A DNA stretch of 64,000 bases from NCBI GenBank assembly GCA_965215365.1, contig CBDCDS010000003.1, forward strand, positions 128,001 through 192,000, read 5' to 3'. The position numbers and the translations under genes were made by a program. The DNA comes from Gammaproteobacteria bacterium (lineage in GTDB: Bacteria; Pseudomonadota; Gammaproteobacteria; Eutrophobiales; Eutrophobiaceae). Positions 10,710-19,442 of this stretch are shown here, piece by piece. The notes under the pieces are model-generated. The model was given only the letters and a program-made list of their open reading frames with translations. It did not search any database and was not told where the DNA came from. Within the stretch, counting starts at the first letter, position 1. Each line of letters starts with the position of its first letter.

Positions 10710-10738
10710 CGCATCACTTGGTGAGCTCTGCGGGTTAA
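10710..10738. mobile_element. Solo end of the 239 bp MITE
   Basis: CGCATCACTTGGTGAGCTCTGCGGG followed by TTAA, matching the MITE terminus. Confidence 0.75.
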
Positions 10739-10819
10739 TGGCATCGTTAAGGGTTTCTTAACAGTCCGAAACAGGTTATTATCTACCGTCACTGGCTTAT
10801 CAAACAACCGGAGCATCCC

Positions 10820-11452
10820 TTGGACCCTTACACTTCCGAAGCGCAGCGGATAGAAGATATTAAAAAATGGTGGCGTGAGAACGGCTTGTCGGTCGTGCTC
10901 GGTCTGACTCTGGGTGTCTCCGGCATCTTCGGCTGGCGTTACTGGCAGGGCGCGCAGGCAGGGCAGGCAGAGGCGGCGTCGGCGTTGTACTCGGATATGG
11001 TCGCCGCATTGCAGGACGAGAACGATACCGGGGCACAGGAATTTGCCGAGCAAATCCTGGCGGACTACGACGGCACTGCCTACGGCGTGTTCGCGTTGAT
11101 GACTCTGGCCCGACTGGCCGTAGCCGATGCTGATCTGGAGGGGGCCGAAGCGCGCCTGCGCCGGGCGCTTGCACAGTGCAAGGATGCCGCGCTGGCGCAC
11201 GTCATTCGCCTGAGACTGGCCCGAGTGCTCATCAGCCGCAATGAACCGGAACAGGCTGGCGCCGTGCTGGAGGTGCGGGAGCAGGGCGCGTTTGCAGCCG
11301 GATATAACGAATTGCTGGGCGATATTGGCGTCATGCAGGGCGACCTGGAAACGGCGCGTGACGCCTACCAGCGCGCCCTCGACACGGCGCGCGCCGCCGA
11401 CCGCGATATGACCACGGTGGAGCTCAAGCTCGATAATGTCGGGCAGTTGTAG
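10820..11452 (+). CDS. yfgM: YfgM ancillary SecYEG subunit (TPR_21)
   Basis: IKKWWRENG, single TM helix, synteny with bamB-der; TTG start after GGAG. Confidence 0.88.
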   Translation: MDPYTSEAQRIEDIKKWWRENGLSVVLGLTLGVSGIFGWRYWQGAQAGQAEAASALYSDMVAALQDENDTGAQEFAEQILADYDGTAYGVFALMTLARLAVADADLEGAEARLRRALAQCKDAALAHVIRLRLARVLISRNEPEQAGAVLEVREQGAFAAGYNELLGDIGVMQGDLETARDAYQRALDTARAADRDMTTVELKLDNVGQL

Positions 11453-11478
11453 CCGGTCGTGAAAAAAATGCGGGTCAA

Positions 11479-11715
11479 CCCGCATATCTCACCAGATCGC
11501 TGGTTGTTTTATGCAACATTTTGCTATCAATAAATTATGGTAATACTTCTGCTCTTTCCGCATAACACACTGCGCTTGATGCGCCCTCGCTGGTCTTTTC
11601 TACGCCTGCGGGCACCGGCTCACTCAACCAGAGAACCACTATGCTTTCGTTCGCCGGCACCCGCAGGCGTAGAAAATCCGGCGCGATCTTCGCATCATCT
11701 GGTGAGATATGCGGG
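11479..11715. mobile_element. MITE copy (237 bp, divergent subtype)
   Basis: Perfect 19 bp TIR CCCGCATATCTCACCAGAT; flanks TCAA and TTAA. Confidence 0.9.
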
Positions 11716-12926
11716 TTAAGCCACTCGTCGCGCTACTGCTGGCGCTGGTGTTGTCAGGCTGCGCGGCAACGGAAACGGTCACCAATTATTTCAAGGGGGG
11801 CAGTGATAATGCCGACCCGCCCAATCCGCTGTACGAATTCAGGCCGCTTATCAACGTCATTAACCTGTGGCAGAAGAACAACGGCATCGGCACCGACGAA
11901 CAATACCTGAAACTGGCTCCGGTGGTGGTCAACCAGCGTCTGTATGTGGTCGATTCAGCCGGCTACATCAGCGCCCTAGATGCCACTAACGGCAAACGCC
12001 TGTGGCAGGAAAAAATTGCCGCAACGGCATCGATAGACGGGGACTCAGGCTGGTTCAAAGGCGGGGATATCCGCATTACCGGCGGCCCCGGTTACGGAGA
12101 GAACACGCTCATGGTCGGTTCCATGGAGGGAGAGGTTGTATCACTCTCGGTGGAAGACGGCAGTGAACTGTGGCGCACCCGGGTCTCGAGTGAAGTATTG
12201 TCCGCCCCGCAACGGGAGGCCGGCATCGTGGTGGTGAGAACCATCGACGGCAAGGTGTTCGGCCTCGATGGCGATAACGGCCGGCGCCTGTGGATTTACG
12301 ACCGTACCGTGCCGCCGCTGACGCTGCGCGGTACCAGCACTCCGGCCATCGACGGTGGTATCGTAGTGGCCGGGTTCGACGGCGGCAAGATGGCCGCGCT
12401 GGAATTGCGCACCGGTAAACTGCTGTGGGAAGCCAGTATTGCCGCGGCGCGCGGGCGTTCCGAACTGGAGCGCATGGTCGATATCGACTCACAACCGACG
12501 ATCGTGGATGGCGTCGTCTATATCGCCACGTTCCAGGGCCATGTGGCCGCCGTGCAACTCGAGTCCGGGCGCATTATGTGGAGCAACGATTTGTCTTCCT
12601 ATGCCGGCTTCGGCACCGATGAGCAGAACATATATGTTGCCGATGAGGACAGCCACGTGTGGGCGCTGGACCGCTTCAGCGGGTCGGTGCTGTGGGAACT
12701 GGAAGACCTGCACGCGCGCTCGATCACCGCGCCGGTGGCCGTGGGCGATCAAATCGTGGTGGGAGACCTGGAAGGCTACCTGCACTGGCTCAGCAAGCAA
12801 ACCGGAGCCTTCAGCGCCAGAACCCGGCTGTGCAGGGAACCCGTCATCGCCAGACCCATTGTAGTGGGCAACATAGTTTACGCGTATTGCAGCGATGGCC
12901 GGCTGGCAGCTTATACCTACCGGTAA
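11709..12926 (+). CDS. bamB: Outer membrane assembly lipoprotein BamB
   Basis: Lipobox LSGC; PQQ-like repeats; GRSELERMVDID; ATG lies in the MITE terminal repeat. Confidence 0.93.
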   Translation: MRVKPLVALLLALVLSGCAATETVTNYFKGGSDNADPPNPLYEFRPLINVINLWQKNNGIGTDEQYLKLAPVVVNQRLYVVDSAGYISALDATNGKRLWQEKIAATASIDGDSGWFKGGDIRITGGPGYGENTLMVGSMEGEVVSLSVEDGSELWRTRVSSEVLSAPQREAGIVVVRTIDGKVFGLDGDNGRRLWIYDRTVPPLTLRGTSTPAIDGGIVVAGFDGGKMAALELRTGKLLWEASIAAARGRSELERMVDIDSQPTIVDGVVYIATFQGHVAAVQLESGRIMWSNDLSSYAGFGTDEQNIYVADEDSHVWALDRFSGSVLWELEDLHARSITAPVAVGDQIVVGDLEGYLHWLSKQTGAFSARTRLCREPVIARPIVVGNIVYAYCSDGRLAAYTYR

Positions 12927-14300
12927 ATGTCCCCCGTCATCGCCATCGTCGGCTGCCCGAATGTGGGCAAGTCAACGTTATTTAACCGTCTGACCCGTTC
13001 GCGCGCGGCGCTGGTCGCCGATAAACCGGGAGTCACCCGGGACCGGCAATACGGCTATGCCGATTTGCGTGCGTCCGCTATCCTCTTGATCGATACCGGC
13101 GGCATCGCCGGCAGTGTGGACGACCCCGACCCGTTGCACGGGGCGGTGGGCGAGCAAACCCGCCACGCCATGCTCGAGGCGGATGCCGTGCTGTGGCTGA
13201 CGGACGGCCGCGCCGGGCTGAGTGCCGGCGACCTGGAACTGGCCGCAACCCTGCGCACCCTGGCCAAACCGATCTTTTTTGTGGTCAATAAAATTGACGG
13301 CCTCAGTGCTGACCACGCGCTCGCCGAATTTCACGCCGTCGGCGGGTTTGCCCCAGCCATTCCCATCGCGGCGGAAACGGGTGCCGGTATTGACAAGTTG
13401 CTGGACCGCATCGCCGCCGCGTTTCCTGAAAACGCGGCGCCGCCGGAGGCGCATCCCGGCGCCACCAGAGTGGCTATCATCGGCCGTCCCAATGTCGGTA
13501 AATCGACGCTGCTGAACCGTATCTTGGGCGAGCAGCGGGTGCTCACCTCGGCCCGGCCCGGCACCACCCGGGACAGCATCACGGTGCCGTTACAGCGCCG
13601 GCACAAGGATTACTTGCTGACCGACACGGCCGGTATTCGCAGACGCCACAAGGTGACTGACAAGGTGGAAAAATTCAGCGTGATAAAAAGCATCAAGGCC
13701 ATGGAAAACTGTCAGGTCGTCATTTTGATGACAGATGCCCGCGACGCCATCTCCGGCCAGGACCAAACCCTGCTTGGCCTCATCAGCCAGTCTGGCAAGT
13801 CGCTGCTCATCGCAGTCAACAAGTGGGACGGTCTCAGCGGTCGGCAGAAGGCGGATATCCGGCGCCAGCTGGAAAGAAAAACTGCGTTTGTTGACTATGC
13901 TTGTGTGCACCCCATATCGGCCCTGCACGGCACGGGTGTGGGCAAGCTGTTCGACAGTATCGACCGCATCACCCGCTCACTGCGCCGGGAGTTCAGCGCC
14001 GCGTCCATCACCGCGCTGCTGCGGGAAGCGGTCAGCGCCAACCCGCCGCCGCTGGTGCGCGGGCGCCGCATCAAGCTCAAGTATGCCCATCCGGGCGGTT
14101 ACGACCCGGTGCGTATCATCATCCACGGCAACCAGACCCGCGCCACCCCCGCCCACTACCAGCGTTATCTGGCCAGGTTCTTCCGCAACAAAATGAACCT
14201 GACCGGCACCCCGGTATTCATCGAGTTCAAACACGGCGACAATCCCTACCGGACGCGCCGCCACCCCGCACAAAAATGCCGGTCAACCAAACCCCGCTAA
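12927..14300 (+). CDS. der: Ribosome biogenesis GTPase Der (EngA)
   Basis: Two G-domains (GCPNVGKS, GRPNVGKS), DTGG/DTAG, NKID/NKWD, KH-like tail. Confidence 0.96.
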   Translation: MSPVIAIVGCPNVGKSTLFNRLTRSRAALVADKPGVTRDRQYGYADLRASAILLIDTGGIAGSVDDPDPLHGAVGEQTRHAMLEADAVLWLTDGRAGLSAGDLELAATLRTLAKPIFFVVNKIDGLSADHALAEFHAVGGFAPAIPIAAETGAGIDKLLDRIAAAFPENAAPPEAHPGATRVAIIGRPNVGKSTLLNRILGEQRVLTSARPGTTRDSITVPLQRRHKDYLLTDTAGIRRRHKVTDKVEKFSVIKSIKAMENCQVVILMTDARDAISGQDQTLLGLISQSGKSLLIAVNKWDGLSGRQKADIRRQLERKTAFVDYACVHPISALHGTGVGKLFDSIDRITRSLRREFSAASITALLREAVSANPPPLVRGRRIKLKYAHPGGYDPVRIIIHGNQTRATPAHYQRYLARFFRNKMNLTGTPVFIEFKHGDNPYRTRRHPAQKCRSTKPR

Positions 14301-14448
14301 TGCCGGTCCGGTAGGGTATACTTTTTTTGACTTTTCCTGACCATTATATTAGTATAGGGACGGAAATCAAAAAGTATGATTTTTCATTTCCTTCATTTTC
14401 AATCATTTACATGATTGCTGTTACTGGCAGCACATCCCTGTACTGCAC

Positions 14449-14476
14449 GGCCACCTCGTGTTTGTGAGAGGTGACC
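14449..14476. repeat. Degenerate GGnnnCCTC-family palindrome
   Basis: GGCCACCTC-GTGTTTGTGA-GAGGTGACC. Confidence 0.5.
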
Positions 14477-14526
14477 TGTAATTCGGTGCCGATGAGTTGT
14501 TTTACTCAACCATCAGGAGACAGACA

Positions 14527-14577
14527 ATGAAACGAGATACACTTTTACCCCCCCCCCCCCCCCCCCCCCCCTGCTAG
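14527..14577 (+). other. Leader ORF MKRDTLL-P8-C containing a C24 homopolymer (14548-14571)
   Basis: AGGAGA SD upstream of ATG 14527; 24 consecutive C; TAG at 14575-14577. Confidence 0.75.
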
Positions 14578-14680
14578 AGTTCACCCCGCGGCGGGGACTC
14601 TCTCGCCTGTGCAGCTCCGCTGTACCCCCTTCCAGGGTCAAGCGCTGCGCGGGCGATCACGCTTGAAAGGGGAGATCCTC

Positions 14681-15247
14681 ATGACACGATTCTTTGCCAA
14701 TCCCATTGCCCTGACCCTTCTGGCCGCCGCGCTGGTGGCAACACTGCTGGCCGCGCCCGCGACGGCGCAGACGCCGCAGTGCACAAAGCAAACCTGTACG
14801 GTGGTGGTGACCGGCAACATCAACGGCTATCACATACAGGGCTGCGGCGGTGATTACCTGCGCTACCATGTGCGGCGGGAAACGACCAATCCCGCCATCA
14901 CCTCCTACACTTCTTTTGGCAACATAACCCTTGACATCTACCACAGCACGATCAACACGAGTGGTCGGGAATCGGAAACATATGAAATCAACCAGCTGGA
15001 ATGGCGGAGGGATGGCGGCAGTTGGCAAGCTATCACAGGCCCGAGGATCGGTCTTGCGGTGTCAGAACTGAACACGGACGTCACCCTGGACATCCGACCT
15101 AGGGCCAGAGCTACGATCAGGGGCTTCGCTGCCGGCATGATGTCCTACGCGATCAACGAGGTGGGCAGACCTAATTTAACCCGCTATTCCACCCGCCTCA
15201 CCTCGGTCAACTCCTTCATCTCGACTGGTGAGGGGTGCGCGCCCTGA
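14681..15247 (+). CDS. Secreted hypothetical protein (homopolymer-leader family, copy A)
   Basis: AAGGGGAG SD upstream of ATG 14681; signal peptide ending ATA-Q; 4 Cys including one near the C-terminus. Confidence 0.8.
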   Translation: MTRFFANPIALTLLAAALVATLLAAPATAQTPQCTKQTCTVVVTGNINGYHIQGCGGDYLRYHVRRETTNPAITSYTSFGNITLDIYHSTINTSGRESETYEINQLEWRRDGGSWQAITGPRIGLAVSELNTDVTLDIRPRARATIRGFAAGMMSYAINEVGRPNLTRYSTRLTSVNSFISTGEGCAP

Positions 15248-15274
15248 CGGCCCCTCGGCGACCCAACCCACCCC

Positions 15275-15300
15275 GGGGCGGCCTTGCGGTCGCCCCTTTG
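15275..15300 (+). terminator. Probable intrinsic terminator
   Basis: GGGGCGGCC-TTGC-GGTCGCCCC followed by TTTG. Confidence 0.6.
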
Positions 15301-15301
15301 T

Positions 15302-15382
15302 CTTGTCCAGGACAATATGTATTGAACCTGGACACTCACACAGCCTGCCCCCTGAGTCTCATCTGTATTGAACCTGGACAAG
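15302..15382. repeat. 17 bp direct repeat TGTATTGAACCTGGACA plus inverted partial copy (IS-end-like)
   Basis: Copies at 15318-15334 and 15364-15380; CTTGTCCAGG at 15302-15311 inverts CCTGGACAAG at 15373-15382. Confidence 0.65.
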
Positions 15383-15426
15383 CGTTTTACCCCGGATGAA
15401 ATCTTCGGTATGATTCGCCCCCGTAC

Positions 15427-15502
15427 GGGTCGTTAGCTCAGTCGGTAGAGCAGCTGACTTTTAATCAGTTGGTCGCAGGTTCGACTCCTGCACGACCCAC
15501 CA
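15427..15502 (+). tRNA. tRNA-Lys (anticodon TTT)
   Basis: GGGTCGTTAGCTCAGTCGGTAGAGC...CTTTTAA...GGTTCGACTCC...CGACCCACCA; 76 nt. Confidence 0.97.
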
Positions 15503-15521
15503 CCCTGAAGAGGAGGTTGCG

Positions 15522-16079
15522 ATGTCTGTCAATAATACTGAAAGAGAATACGGCGTTGTCAGTAAAAGTTGGCATTGGCTGACAGTGGTTATCGTTATCG
15601 TCTTGTTCGTGCTCGCGTCAAGGTCCGAAGACCTGCCACGCGGACCGGAAAAGCTGGAACTGGTGTTGCTGCATGCCTCGTTCGGTTTGCTGCTGCTGTT
15701 TGTGCTGGCGGCGCGCCTGCTCTGGCGCTGGTGCAACGCGACCCCGGCGCGCCTGCCGCATATCCCAACCTGGCAGCATGTTATCTCCAGAGCCGTCCAC
15801 TACGGGTTGTACATCGTCCTCATAGCCCAGGCCTTAGTCGGCATGGCCCGGTTTGCCACGGCCGGCTTTGAGGTGCCGTTCTTCGGCCTGTTCAAGGTGG
15901 CGTTTCCCATGGGTAAAGATGAAGCCATGAACGAACTGATGGGGACCATGCATGAGATCCTGCCGTGCATCCTGCTGGCACTGCTGGCACTGCATGTACT
16001 TGCAGCCCTGTATCATCACTTCCGGTTGCAGGACGATACCTTGCGGCGCATGACCTGCGGTATGAAGTCGGCAGATTAA
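15522..16079 (+). CDS. Cytochrome b561 (YceJ/CybB-like)
   Basis: HWL, HASFG, HYGLY, HVLAALYHH haem ligands; TLRRM C-terminal motif. Confidence 0.9.
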   Translation: MSVNNTEREYGVVSKSWHWLTVVIVIVLFVLASRSEDLPRGPEKLELVLLHASFGLLLLFVLAARLLWRWCNATPARLPHIPTWQHVISRAVHYGLYIVLIAQALVGMARFATAGFEVPFFGLFKVAFPMGKDEAMNELMGTMHEILPCILLALLALHVLAALYHHFRLQDDTLRRMTCGMKSAD

Positions 16080-16153
16080 CGGAGGCTTGAATTTTCGGCA
16101 ACCGGCCACCATTTTCCCCTTGCCTCAATCCATTATTTTGAGCATATAGCGCC

Positions 16154-16540
16154 GTGCCGATTTATGAGTATCAATGTCAGACCTGTGGTCACAGGTTGGA
16201 GAAATTACAGAAGATCTCCGCCGCGCCGTTGACCGATTGCCCCGCGTGCGGGCGCCCACACCTGCGCAAACTGGTGTCTGCGGTGGCCTTCCGGCTCAAG
16301 GGCGGTGGGTGGTACGAGACGGATTTCAAGGACGAGCAATCCCGCCGCAACATAGCCAAGGATGATGACAACGCCGCCACCAAGGCCGACGGGGCCAAGA
16401 CCGACGAGGCCAAAGCCGACGGCACCAAGCGCGCGGACGCCGCCGGTGACACCACGAAAAAGCCGGACAGTCACAAGAAAGCCAGCGTCAAACCCGACAC
16501 AACCGGTTCCGGCGCTACGCCTGCTGCCCCCGCCGGTTGA
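16154..16540 (+). CDS. FmdB-family zinc-ribbon protein
   Basis: MPIYEYQCQTCGH...CPACG...FRLKGGGWYETDF; low-complexity tail. Confidence 0.92.
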   Translation: MPIYEYQCQTCGHRLEKLQKISAAPLTDCPACGRPHLRKLVSAVAFRLKGGGWYETDFKDEQSRRNIAKDDDNAATKADGAKTDEAKADGTKRADAAGDTTKKPDSHKKASVKPDTTGSGATPAAPAG

Positions 16541-16570
16541 GTTGTTGCGTATCCCCCAGGAGGCATATCT

Positions 16571-16647
16571 GTGAATGCCAAACAATTGATAGATGAGGCT
16601 ACTTCCCTTCCTGTCGAAGAGCGCGCGTTAGTAATAGAGGGTGCCTC
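16571..16647 (+). pseudogene. 5' fragment of an addiction-module antitoxin (TIGR02574-like)
   Basis: AGGAGG SD; MNAKQLIDEATSLPVEERALVIE, then similarity ends at AGGGTGCCTC (16638-16647). Confidence 0.6.
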
Positions 16648-16822
16648 CTGGCAACCGGATTTGAATTTTTTGAGTAAATCTATAGACTACAGCCCTTTGC
16701 TACTAACCATCCAACGGGGGATAGGCGAGCCGGACCTTACACTGCCGGGTGCTGACACATTATTGTGCGCGGCGCTTGCAACGGCTTGAACCAGCCCGTC
16801 CGAATTTACCAGGAGAATTGTC

Positions 16823-18838
16823 ATGTCACCTTTGGACCTTGCCCTGATATGCAGTGTTATTGCTATCCTGTATGGCATCTTTTCAGTGCGCTGGATTCTT
16901 GCCCAGCCGGAAGGCAGCGAGCGTATGCGGGAGATTGCCGCGGCCGTACAGCAAGGCGCGGCGGCTTATCTCAACCGGCAATATACGACCATCGGCATAG
17001 TGGGCGTGGTTCTGTTCGTGGTGCTCGGTCTGGCGCTGGACTGGTACACCGGGGTTGGCTTTTTGATCGGCGCGGTGTTCTCTGGCGCCGCCGGCTATAT
17101 CGGCATGAACATTTCCGTACGCGCCAACCTGCGTACCGCCGAAGCCGCCAGCCAAGGTATCAACGCGGCCCTGATGATCGCGTTCCGGGGCGGCGCGATC
17201 ACCGGGCTGCTGGTGGTGGGGTTGGGCCTGCTGGGCGTTGCCGGTTACTATGCCGTACTGCACAAGCTGGGCGCGGACAGCGACACCATCCTGCATGCAC
17301 TGGTGGGGCTGGGCTTTGGCGGTTCCCTGATCTCCATTTTTGCCCGGTTGGGCGGCGGTATTTTCACCAAGGGTGCAGATGTGGGCGCAGACCTGGTCGG
17401 CAAGGTGGAAGCCGGCATCCCTGAGGACGACCCCCGCAACCCGGCGGTGATTGCCGACAATGTGGGTGACAACGTCGGTGACTGTGCGGGCATGGCCGCC
17501 GATCTGTTTGAAACCTACGCGGTAACCGTTATCGCGACCATGCTGCTGGGCAGTCTGGTGGTCTCCGGCAGCGAAAATGCAGTGCTCTACCCGCTGGCCC
17601 TGGGCGCGGTGTCCATCGTCGCTTCGGTCATCGGCTGTTTCTTCGTTCGGGCCGGGGAAGGCGGCAGTATCATGGGCGCCCTGTACAAGGGCCTGATCGT
17701 CGCCGGCGTGCTGGCCGCTATTCTGTTCTACCCGGTCACCCACTGGATGATGGCCGATGTTGCCGGCATGTCCGCCGGAGCCTTGTACGCCTGCGCGCTG
17801 ATCGGCCTGACCCTGACCGCAGCCATGGTCTGGATCACCGAATATTACACGGGCACCGACTACGCGCCGGTGAAGCATGTGGCCGCTGCGTCGGAGACCG
17901 GCCATGCCACCAATATCATCGCCGGACTCGGCGTGTCCATGAAGTCCACCGCCTTGCCGGTGCTGGCGGTGTGTGCCAGTATTTGGGGCACCTATGAGCT
18001 GGCCGGGCTGTACGGCATCGCCATTGCCGCCACCTCCATGCTGTCCATGACCGGCATTATCGTTGCCTTGGACGCCTTCGGCCCTATTACCGACAACGCC
18101 GGTGGCATCGCGGAAATGGCGGAACTGGATGAGAAAATCCGCAATATCACGGATCCGCTGGACGCGGTGGGCAACACCACCAAGGCGGTGACCAAAGGCT
18201 ACGCCATCGGCTCGGCGGGTCTGGCTGCGCTGGTGCTGTTTGGCGACTACACCCATGCGCTGGAAAAGGCAGGGGCCCACGTGGAATTTTCACTGTCCGA
18301 TCCTATGGTCATCATCGGCCTGTTCATCGGTGGCCTGATACCTTACCTGTTCGGCGCCATGGCGATGGAAGCGGTAGGGCGCGCGGCCGGTTCGGTGGTG
18401 CACGAGGTGCGGCGCCAGTTTCGCGAAATCCCAGGCATTATGGACGGTACCGGCAAGCCGGATTATTCCCGCGCGGTGGACCTGCTGACCAAATCGGCCA
18501 TCAAGGAAATGATCATTCCTTCCCTGTTACCAGTGTTGGCGCCGGTGATCGTGGGCAAGGTGCTGGGGCCCGTGGCGCTGGGTGGAATGTTGCTGGGGAC
18601 GATTGTTACCGGCTTGTTCGTGGCCATATCCATGACCGCCGGCGGCGGCGCCTGGGATAACGCCAAGAAATATATTGAAGACGGCAACCTGGGCGGCAAG
18701 GGCTCAGCGGCGCACAAGGCCGCGGTGACCGGCGACACGGTCGGCGACCCCTACAAGGACACCGCCGGGCCGGCCGTGAACCCGCTCATCAAGATCATCA
18801 ACATCGTCGCCCTGCTGATCGTGCCGTTGGTGGTGTAA
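16823..18838 (+). CDS. hppA: Membrane-bound H+-translocating pyrophosphatase, K+-independent type
   Basis: [26 protein letters not shown] (Lys at the K+-independence position), DTVGDPYKD. Confidence 0.95.
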   Translation: MSPLDLALICSVIAILYGIFSVRWILAQPEGSERMREIAAAVQQGAAAYLNRQYTTIGIVGVVLFVVLGLALDWYTGVGFLIGAVFSGAAGYIGMNISVRANLRTAEAASQGINAALMIAFRGGAITGLLVVGLGLLGVAGYYAVLHKLGADSDTILHALVGLGFGGSLISIFARLGGGIFTKGADVGADLVGKVEAGIPEDDPRNPAVIADNVGDNVGDCAGMAADLFETYAVTVIATMLLGSLVVSGSENAVLYPLALGAVSIVASVIGCFFVRAGEGGSIMGALYKGLIVAGVLAAILFYPVTHWMMADVAGMSAGALYACALIGLTLTAAMVWITEYYTGTDYAPVKHVAAASETGHATNIIAGLGVSMKSTALPVLAVCASIWGTYELAGLYGIAIAATSMLSMTGIIVALDAFGPITDNAGGIAEMAELDEKIRNITDPLDAVGNTTKAVTKGYAIGSAGLAALVLFGDYTHALEKAGAHVEFSLSDPMVIIGLFIGGLIPYLFGAMAMEAVGRAAGSVVHEVRRQFREIPGIMDGTGKPDYSRAVDLLTKSAIKEMIIPSLLPVLAPVIVGKVLGPVALGGMLLGTIVTGLFVAISMTAGGGAWDNAKKYIEDGNLGGKGSAAHKAAVTGDTVGDPYKDTAGPAVNPLIKIINIVALLIVPLVV

Positions 18839-18910
18839 GCATGGCGTCATCCTCGACGCGCAAGCGCTCAGCGAGCCATTGATTGGGCTCGCTGAGCAGG
18901 TTGATAGCCA

Positions 18911-19390
18911 TTGGCAAAAGTACTGGCAGCGCTGGTATTCCTGCTCGCACTGAATGAGCCGCGCCAGTTTTCCAGACTGGACCTGTGGGAGAAGCAATGC
19001 AATGGCGGCGACGCGTCGGCCTGCACAAAGTTGGCCGAGACGCAGGTCGGGCTTGAGAAACTGGCGCGCTTGGACCAGCTGGCGCAGCGTTACGGCGCCA
19101 GCGCCAACCGGGATGAGTTGGAAGAAGACGGCAGACCGCGTCTGAACATCGCCTACATGCAGGTGATGCAGGACTTCATTGAGGCGGAACAGGCCGCCGG
19201 TCACGAAGAACTGTCCTACGATGAGGAGGCAGTCAGCCATTGCGCTGACCACTTCCATAATTTCTGGCTGAGTAACAAACTTTGGTGGCCCACCGACGAG
19301 AACGACGAACCGAGCTGGACCGACATTTACTATTACGCCGTCGACCACTATCACGGCGTCTGTCTGCGGCGCTATTTTAACCAGTTTTAA
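18911..19390 (+). CDS. Hypothetical protein
   Basis: 159 aa ORF with hydrophobic N-terminus; start uncertain. Confidence 0.6.
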   Translation: MAKVLAALVFLLALNEPRQFSRLDLWEKQCNGGDASACTKLAETQVGLEKLARLDQLAQRYGASANRDELEEDGRPRLNIAYMQVMQDFIEAEQAAGHEELSYDEEAVSHCADHFHNFWLSNKLWWPTDENDEPSWTDIYYYAVDHYHGVCLRRYFNQF

Positions 19391-19442
19391 GAGTTGTACG
19401 TAGCCGCAGCGGGGCGTGGGTTATGCCGCAGTAGATTACACG

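Noticed and set aside
16883-18280. Long antisense ORFs (also 29206-30555, 36246-37454, 44665-45783)
   Set aside because: These are shadow frames of well-supported genes in GC-rich DNA and have no recognisable motifs.
18866-18897. Hairpin GCTCAGCGAGCC...GGCTCGCTGAGC after hppA (and a similar isolated hairpin at 26330-26373)
   Set aside because: Each is single-copy with no U-tract, so I cannot distinguish a terminator from another structure.
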